64,000 nucleotides of DNA from a bacterium (GTDB lineage Bacteria > SAR324 > XYD2-FULL-50-16 > G965216635): assembly GCA_965216635.1 (NCBI GenBank), contig OZ244188.1:608001-672000 (forward strand), read 5' to 3'. Shown here in pieces: positions 59,271 through 64,000 of this stretch. Below the pieces are notes generated by a model. The model had not been told where the DNA came from. It did no database searches and saw only the letters and a program-made list of their open reading frames with translations. Numbering within the stretch: the first letter of the stretch is position 1; each line of letters begins with the position of its first letter. A program made the position numbers and the translations under genes.

Positions 59271-61205
59271 ATGGAAATACTAAAAAACAGGTATAATCAA
59301 ATAATCATTCTCTTACTTATATTTTTCCTCTTAATAATAGGAAAAAATATTTTACCAGAGTGGTTGTTTCGTCCCCCCAGTTTTTTAATTTTACCTGTAG
59401 TAGACTGGTTTAATGCTTTTTTCACGTTTCTACTAGAAACTCTGCACTTAAAAAGCGCAACTAGGGCGGTTGCAGCTGCTATACAATGGCTTTTGAATAT
59501 TGTCCAAAATATACTTTTGGGAGGACATAAAGGGCTAAGACTTCCAGCTCTTCCTTGGACTGCAGTTTTATCTATCATTACAGTCATAGCCTTTTCTTTG
59601 ATGGGTTGGAGAATGGCTTTATTTACAGCTATTAGCGTCGTCTATCTAGCCGTGTTTGGACAGTGGATAGATGCTATGCAGACTTTATCTTTAGTATTAG
59701 TCACAGTTCCTTTATCTGTCATTTTGGGTTTAAGTTTAGGAGTTTTATCCTATAAAAACAGACTTGTTAAAAAAATTTTAGCACCCTTATTAAATGTAGC
59801 CCAATCCTTACCTCACTTTTCTTATCTCATTCCAGTAGTCGTTTTTTTTGGTATTGGACATCACGCTGGAATAATAGCCACTGTTATTTTTGCAACTCCA
59901 CCTATGATCAGACTTACTCTATTGGGTTTAGGTCGGGTTCCACCAGAAATTATAGAATCAGGTTATATGAGCGGTTGTAATAATTGGCAACTACTAACAA
60001 GAGTTTTGATACCTAGTGCCAAGCCGGATATTATGATTGGAGTCAATCAAGTCATTATGCAATGTTTGGCTATGGTAGTTATTGCCAGCTTTATTGGAGC
60101 ACCGGGATTAGGGTATAAGGTATTGATAATGCTTAATAATTTAAGGATTGGTAAAGCTTTAGAATTGGGAGTCTCCATTGTCATTATTGCCATTATTTTA
60201 GATAGACTATCTTTAGCTTGGGCGGGTAAACAACCAGACTATACAGAAAATTTACCTTTTTATTTACGATATAAATATCCCCTCATTATTTTCGGGTTGG
60301 TCTTTTTAAGTATTTTATGTTCTCTTTTTTTACCTATTGCATATAAAATACCGCGTGAATTTACAATAACCACAGAACCCTATTGGGATGCAGGTGTTTT
60401 CTGGATCGCTGAACATTGGTTTGATGGACTACAGGCTTTCCGAGAATTTCTTTCTTTAAAAGTTCTTATACCTATGAGAGACGCTTATTTGAGTCTGCCT
60501 ATCTTTGCGGTTGTGGTTTTAGTTGTAGGCATAGGAATCATCCTAGGCGGACTGCGTTCAGCGTCCACTGTGTTTTTTTATTTATTCTTTATTATAGTTT
60601 CTGGTTGGTGGGATAGATCTATGATAACCGCTTATCTAGTGAGTTTTGCTGTTTTTGTTTGTGTAGGTGTAGGCGTTCCCCTGGGCATATTAGCATCTCG
60701 TGTGAAGTGGTTACAAAAGTTCATTTTAACACTTTGTGATACCTTTCAAACATTTCCGTCTTTTATCTATCTGATACCTGTTATTATGCTTTTTCAAGTC
60801 AACGATGTATCTGCTGCGTTTGCTGTTATTGTTTATGCTACAATTCCCATTACAAGATATACTATTGAAGGTTTGCGAAACATTCCAATGGAATTGCAAG
60901 AATCTGTTACTATGTCAGGGGCGAATAAATTACAAAAACTCACCCAGTTGGAATTGCCTATGGCTTTTCCACACATTATGCTTGGTATAAACCAGACTGT
61001 TCTATTCGCTTTGTTTATGGTAATTATTGCGGCTTTTATTGGAACTCAAGACTTAGGTCAAGAGATAATGAAGGCTTTAGCAGAAAGCGATATGGGAAAA
61101 GGACTAGTTTTAGGTTTGTGTGTTGCTTTTATAGGATTGATTGTTGATCACCTTATCAATACTTGGGCTGTAGATAAAAAAGCAAAATTAGGATTGGTTA
61201 ATTAA
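59271..61205 (+). CDS. tmoV: Fused double permease of the quaternary amine ABC transporter (ProW/TmoV-like)
   Basis: Two permease halves, each with QS/TLP.F.YLIPV, an EAA-like loop, GVNQ/GINQ and IA.FIG...LG. Confidence 0.8.
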   Translation: MEILKNRYNQIIILLLIFFLLIIGKNILPEWLFRPPSFLILPVVDWFNAFFTFLLETLHLKSATRAVAAAIQWLLNIVQNILLGGHKGLRLPALPWTAVLSIITVIAFSLMGWRMALFTAISVVYLAVFGQWIDAMQTLSLVLVTVPLSVILGLSLGVLSYKNRLVKKILAPLLNVAQSLPHFSYLIPVVVFFGIGHHAGIIATVIFATPPMIRLTLLGLGRVPPEIIESGYMSGCNNWQLLTRVLIPSAKPDIMIGVNQVIMQCLAMVVIASFIGAPGLGYKVLIMLNNLRIGKALELGVSIVIIAIILDRLSLAWAGKQPDYTENLPFYLRYKYPLIIFGLVFLSILCSLFLPIAYKIPREFTITTEPYWDAGVFWIAEHWFDGLQAFREFLSLKVLIPMRDAYLSLPIFAVVVLVVGIGIILGGLRSASTVFFYLFFIIVSGWWDRSMITAYLVSFAVFVCVGVGVPLGILASRVKWLQKFILTLCDTFQTFPSFIYLIPVIMLFQVNDVSAAFAVIVYATIPITRYTIEGLRNIPMELQESVTMSGANKLQKLTQLELPMAFPHIMLGINQTVLFALFMVIIAAFIGTQDLGQEIMKALAESDMGKGLVLGLCVAFIGLIVDHLINTWAVDKKAKLGLVN

Positions 61206-61213
61206 AGATTTTA

Positions 61214-61599
61214 GAGACCTTTGAATCAGGTGCGTTCTAGTTCAGCAAAACAGGCTTATTGTTTATGGTAAAGTTCTTTTACAGTCCTTTTTTTCTGTAT
61301 GTAAGGTTTGTGGTATTTTTCCAAACGTCCTTGCTTAAGTTATTTATTCCTCAAGCTAAAATTTTTTTTCGCACCTGCTCTAACCATTTGGCTAGCCGTC
61401 GCAGCTAGTTTTCTCCTATTTGGCAAATTCAAAGCTCTCACTCTTATTACTTAATATAAAAAAAGGGTTATAGAAAAAACTCTGATGGAATTTTTTTATT
61501 TCTTTTGTGGATTACTCGTATTTTGAAGTGTTTTTCAATACAAGAATAAAAAATTTATCTAGCCTTGTCTAGCTTTCCTAGTGCTAATTCAAGGCTCTC
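61214..61599. mobile_element. Composite MITE-like element
   Basis: GAGACCTTTGAATCAG...CTAATTCAAGGCTCTC with exact TTTTA flanks; an extra internal right TIR ends at 61439. Confidence 0.75.
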
Positions 61600-61601
61600 T
61601 T

Positions 61602-62594
61602 TTAGTCTTCTACTTTTAAAGGTCTATTTAGTAATACTTGTAGTGCTTTTTGTATAGGAAGTCCCTCGTAGAGGGTGCGATAAGCTGTTTTAATAATAGG
61701 GAGCTCAATAGAATGCTTTTCAGAGATCAGATACAGAGCTTTTGTGGTATGATAACCTTCTGCAACCTTGTTACCCATTTTTTTTATTGTTTCTTCTACA
61801 GTATTACCTTGTCCTAGTTGAATTCCAAAATTTTTATTTTGGCTATTTTTCTGTGAGTAACATGTCAATATTAAATCCCCCAAACCACTTAATCCATAAA
61901 GAGATTTTTCTTGAATTCCTAAAACTTGGCAGATTTTTTTCGTTTCTGATAAAGCTCTTGTAATCAAAAAAGACATTGCCTCCTCTCCGAGTTCGTAGCC
62001 TTGGATAATTCCAGCGACAATTGCAAATACATTTTTTATTGCTCCCAGAAATGCAGTACCTTTTAAATCTTGGCTGAGATAAACCCTAAACCACAAAGAG
62101 TTTAGTTCTTGTTGTAATTTTTCACCTATAGCTTTATCTTCACAGGCTAAAGTTTCTGCAGCTGGTTTATTATCTAATAGTAGTCCTTCGGGAAAACAAG
62201 GACCACCGAGATGAGCAAGAATATTTTTCGGGAAAATTTTTTTTACTATATCAGGAGCAGATAACAGATTTTCTGTTTCTATGCCTTTATTGACAGTGAT
62301 TAAAATATGATGGGGTTGAATTCCTTTAATACTTTCTAACCTTTTTCTAAAATAAGGCATAGGGTTAGAAAAAATAATCAATTCAGTATCAGACGGAACA
62401 GTCTCTGAGTTAGGGAGAATGCAAATAGATTTTGGAATAGAGAAATTAGGTAAATACGGAGAGTAGTTATTATCTTTAATCAATTGATACCCATCACTAC
62501 GAGAGCAAAGCAAACTGACTTGATGTTTGATTTTATCACAGTAAAGAGCCATAGAAGTTCCCCATCTTCCTGAGCCTGAAACAAGAATTTTCAT
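61602..62594 (-). CDS. gpsA: NAD(P)H-dependent glycerol-3-phosphate dehydrogenase
   Basis: GSGRWGT, KGIE, GAIKNVFAI, GLSGLGDLILTC, VAEG..T. Confidence 0.93.
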   Translation of the reverse strand: MKILVSGSGRWGTSMALYCDKIKHQVSLLCSRSDGYQLIKDNNYSPYLPNFSIPKSICILPNSETVPSDTELIIFSNPMPYFRKRLESIKGIQPHHILITVNKGIETENLLSAPDIVKKIFPKNILAHLGGPCFPEGLLLDNKPAAETLACEDKAIGEKLQQELNSLWFRVYLSQDLKGTAFLGAIKNVFAIVAGIIQGYELGEEAMSFLITRALSETKKICQVLGIQEKSLYGLSGLGDLILTCYSQKNSQNKNFGIQLGQGNTVEETIKKMGNKVAEGYHTTKALYLISEKHSIELPIIKTAYRTLYEGLPIQKALQVLLNRPLKVED

Positions 62595-62656
62595 TTTATG
62601 AAAAAAGAAATTTGAAACTTTAGTAGAAATAACTTATTTACTATCTATTGTAAATA

Positions 62657-62918
62657 GAGACTGTTGAATTAGACATTTTAGTTCGGCTATACTGCGGTAA
62701 AATTTTTTTTACCTCTTGGAATACTTTTTTTTTGCTATCTATTTCATAAGGTTATAGCAAAAGCTCCAGTGGAGCTTTTGCATTTCTTTTTTACCTTATT
62801 AGACCACATAACGCAAGTTTTGTAGTGTCCCTGCTCCCATTATTGTGGCACTACGAGACTCAGGTAACCCGATTTTTGTTTTGCCTAGCTTTCCTATAAT
62901 GCCTAGTTTGACAGTCTC
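62657..62918. mobile_element. MITE-like element, GAGACTGT subfamily
   Basis: GAGACTGTTGAATTAGACATT / AATGCCTAGTTTGACAGTCTC; exact AAATA duplication. Confidence 0.82.
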
Positions 62919-62954
62919 AAATAGTTATTTCATATCACACTTTAATTTAAAAAA

Positions 62955-63377
62955 ATGGAAGATAAATATAAAAATTTTATACAACAAATTCAAGCTAGTA
63001 GAGAGGGAACCTTGATGGAATGGATGAAAATAGACTTTGTGGAAGCGGGGAAAAATTATCTTATGGCTTCCATGCTTGTAAATAAGAAGTTTTATCAACC
63101 TTTTGGAATAGTGCACGGAGGAGTTTTCTCTATTTTAGCTGAAACAGTCGCGAGCGCTGCTTCTTTTCTTTATGTATCTCCAGAAAAAAAAGAAGTCAGG
63201 GGTATGTCTATTCAACTCAATCATTTAGCATCAGTAAAGGAAGGAGACCTAAAAGCACGCGCAACATTACTACATTTAGGAAATTTAACACATATCTGGG
63301 ATATTAAAATTCACAATTTGGGGAGGTTGGTTAGTGTGGGTAGGCAAAGCAATATTATTATAACTAAAAAAAATTAA
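62955..63377 (+). CDS. PaaI-family hotdog thioesterase (MenI/YdiI-like)
   Basis: QPFGIVHGG...LAETVAS, NHL..V.EG, HLG.....WDIKI. Confidence 0.88.
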   Translation: MEDKYKNFIQQIQASREGTLMEWMKIDFVEAGKNYLMASMLVNKKFYQPFGIVHGGVFSILAETVASAASFLYVSPEKKEVRGMSIQLNHLASVKEGDLKARATLLHLGNLTHIWDIKIHNLGRLVSVGRQSNIIITKKN

Positions 63378-64000
63378 TGTTTAGAGTTTTTTTAAAATTT
63401 ACACTTTTGGTTTTGTTTTTTTTAGTTTTTTATAATTTTGTGCTGGTTCATTTTTTGTGGGCGCAAGAGTTAAAAATAGACGCAAGCCGTCAAAAAACTT
63501 TTGCAGATAAACTTTACCAAAAAAAAGAATATTACAGGGCAATTAGTGAATACCAAAGATTTTTGTATTTCTTTCCTCAACATCCTTTTACTTTAGATTC
63601 TAGATTACAGATTGGTAAGGCTTACCTTGCTGGAAAAGATTATACAACTGCTATCAGTTATTGGGAGGAATTGAAGAAAAATTTTCCTACTTTAGATTCT
63701 AACTACGAGGTAAATTTGTACCTCGCTTATTCTTGGATGGATAAGGATAGTAACCGTTTTTTTTACTATAGGCAAAAAAACATCAAAAAAGCATTAGAGG
63801 TATTACAGTCTATTTCAATCACCAACTCTGCACCCAAAAAATTAATCACTTCGGATATAGACTCTTTCATTGAGGAATGGGAAGTTGGTAGTACAAACCT
63901 TGATAAAAAATCTCCTTGGGTAGCGGGGACTCTATCTGCTATTTTTCCAGGCTCTGGTAGTCTATATACAAAAAGGTATAACGAGGCAATTTACGCCTTT
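63377..64000 (+). CDS. TPR-containing exported protein, partial (runs off the window end)
   Basis: Not in the ORF track. ATG at 63377: MFRVFLKF...FADKLYQKKEYYRAISEYQRFLYFFP...IGKAY...KSPWVAGTLSAIFPGSGSLY. Confidence 0.75.
   Translation, partial: MFRVFLKFTLLVLFFLVFYNFVLVHFLWAQELKIDASRQKTFADKLYQKKEYYRAISEYQRFLYFFPQHPFTLDSRLQIGKAYLAGKDYTTAISYWEELKKNFPTLDSNYEVNLYLAYSWMDKDSNRFFYYRQKNIKKALEVLQSISITNSAPKKLITSDIDSFIEEWEVGSTNLDKKSPWVAGTLSAIFPGSGSLYTKRYNEAIYAF

Overview
Very AT-rich (roughly 30% GC by eye) bacterial chromosome segment. The core genes (polA partial, birA, infC-rpmI-rplT, a spirochaete/planctomycete/deltaproteobacterial-type fusA, rpsU, coaX, hisB-ftsE-ftsX-envC, prfA-rpmE-rho, gpsA, three tRNAs) suggest a deltaproteobacteria-like, possibly SAR324-related, marine and probably host-associated organism; this is inference only. 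Accessory content comprises a near-identical duplicated DNA methyltransferase/Mrr-like nuclease fusion flanking a second methyltransferase; methylated-amine and C1 genes (tdm-like, tmoXWV-like, GcvT-like, metF, fhs, puuAB-like, a DddK/DddW-like cupin); a two-partner secretion adhesin pair; beta-barrel OMPs; triplicated coiled-coil membrane proteins; a frameshifted GNAT toxin with a putative antitoxin; and a heptad-repeat PD-(D/E)xK protein. The most striking non-coding feature is a family of about 20 non-autonomous elements with (T/G)AGAC(C/T)TTTGAATT terminal inverted repeats and 5-bp target duplications. They range from 33 to about 500 bp, are built from interchangeable palindromic modules and nest inside each other. 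The window also shows tandemly amplified promoter-like units, a captured ftsE fragment between direct repeats, and in-frame repeat expansions inside core proteins. No transposase, CRISPR array or rRNA gene was seen. All family assignments come from motif recognition by eye, not from database searches.
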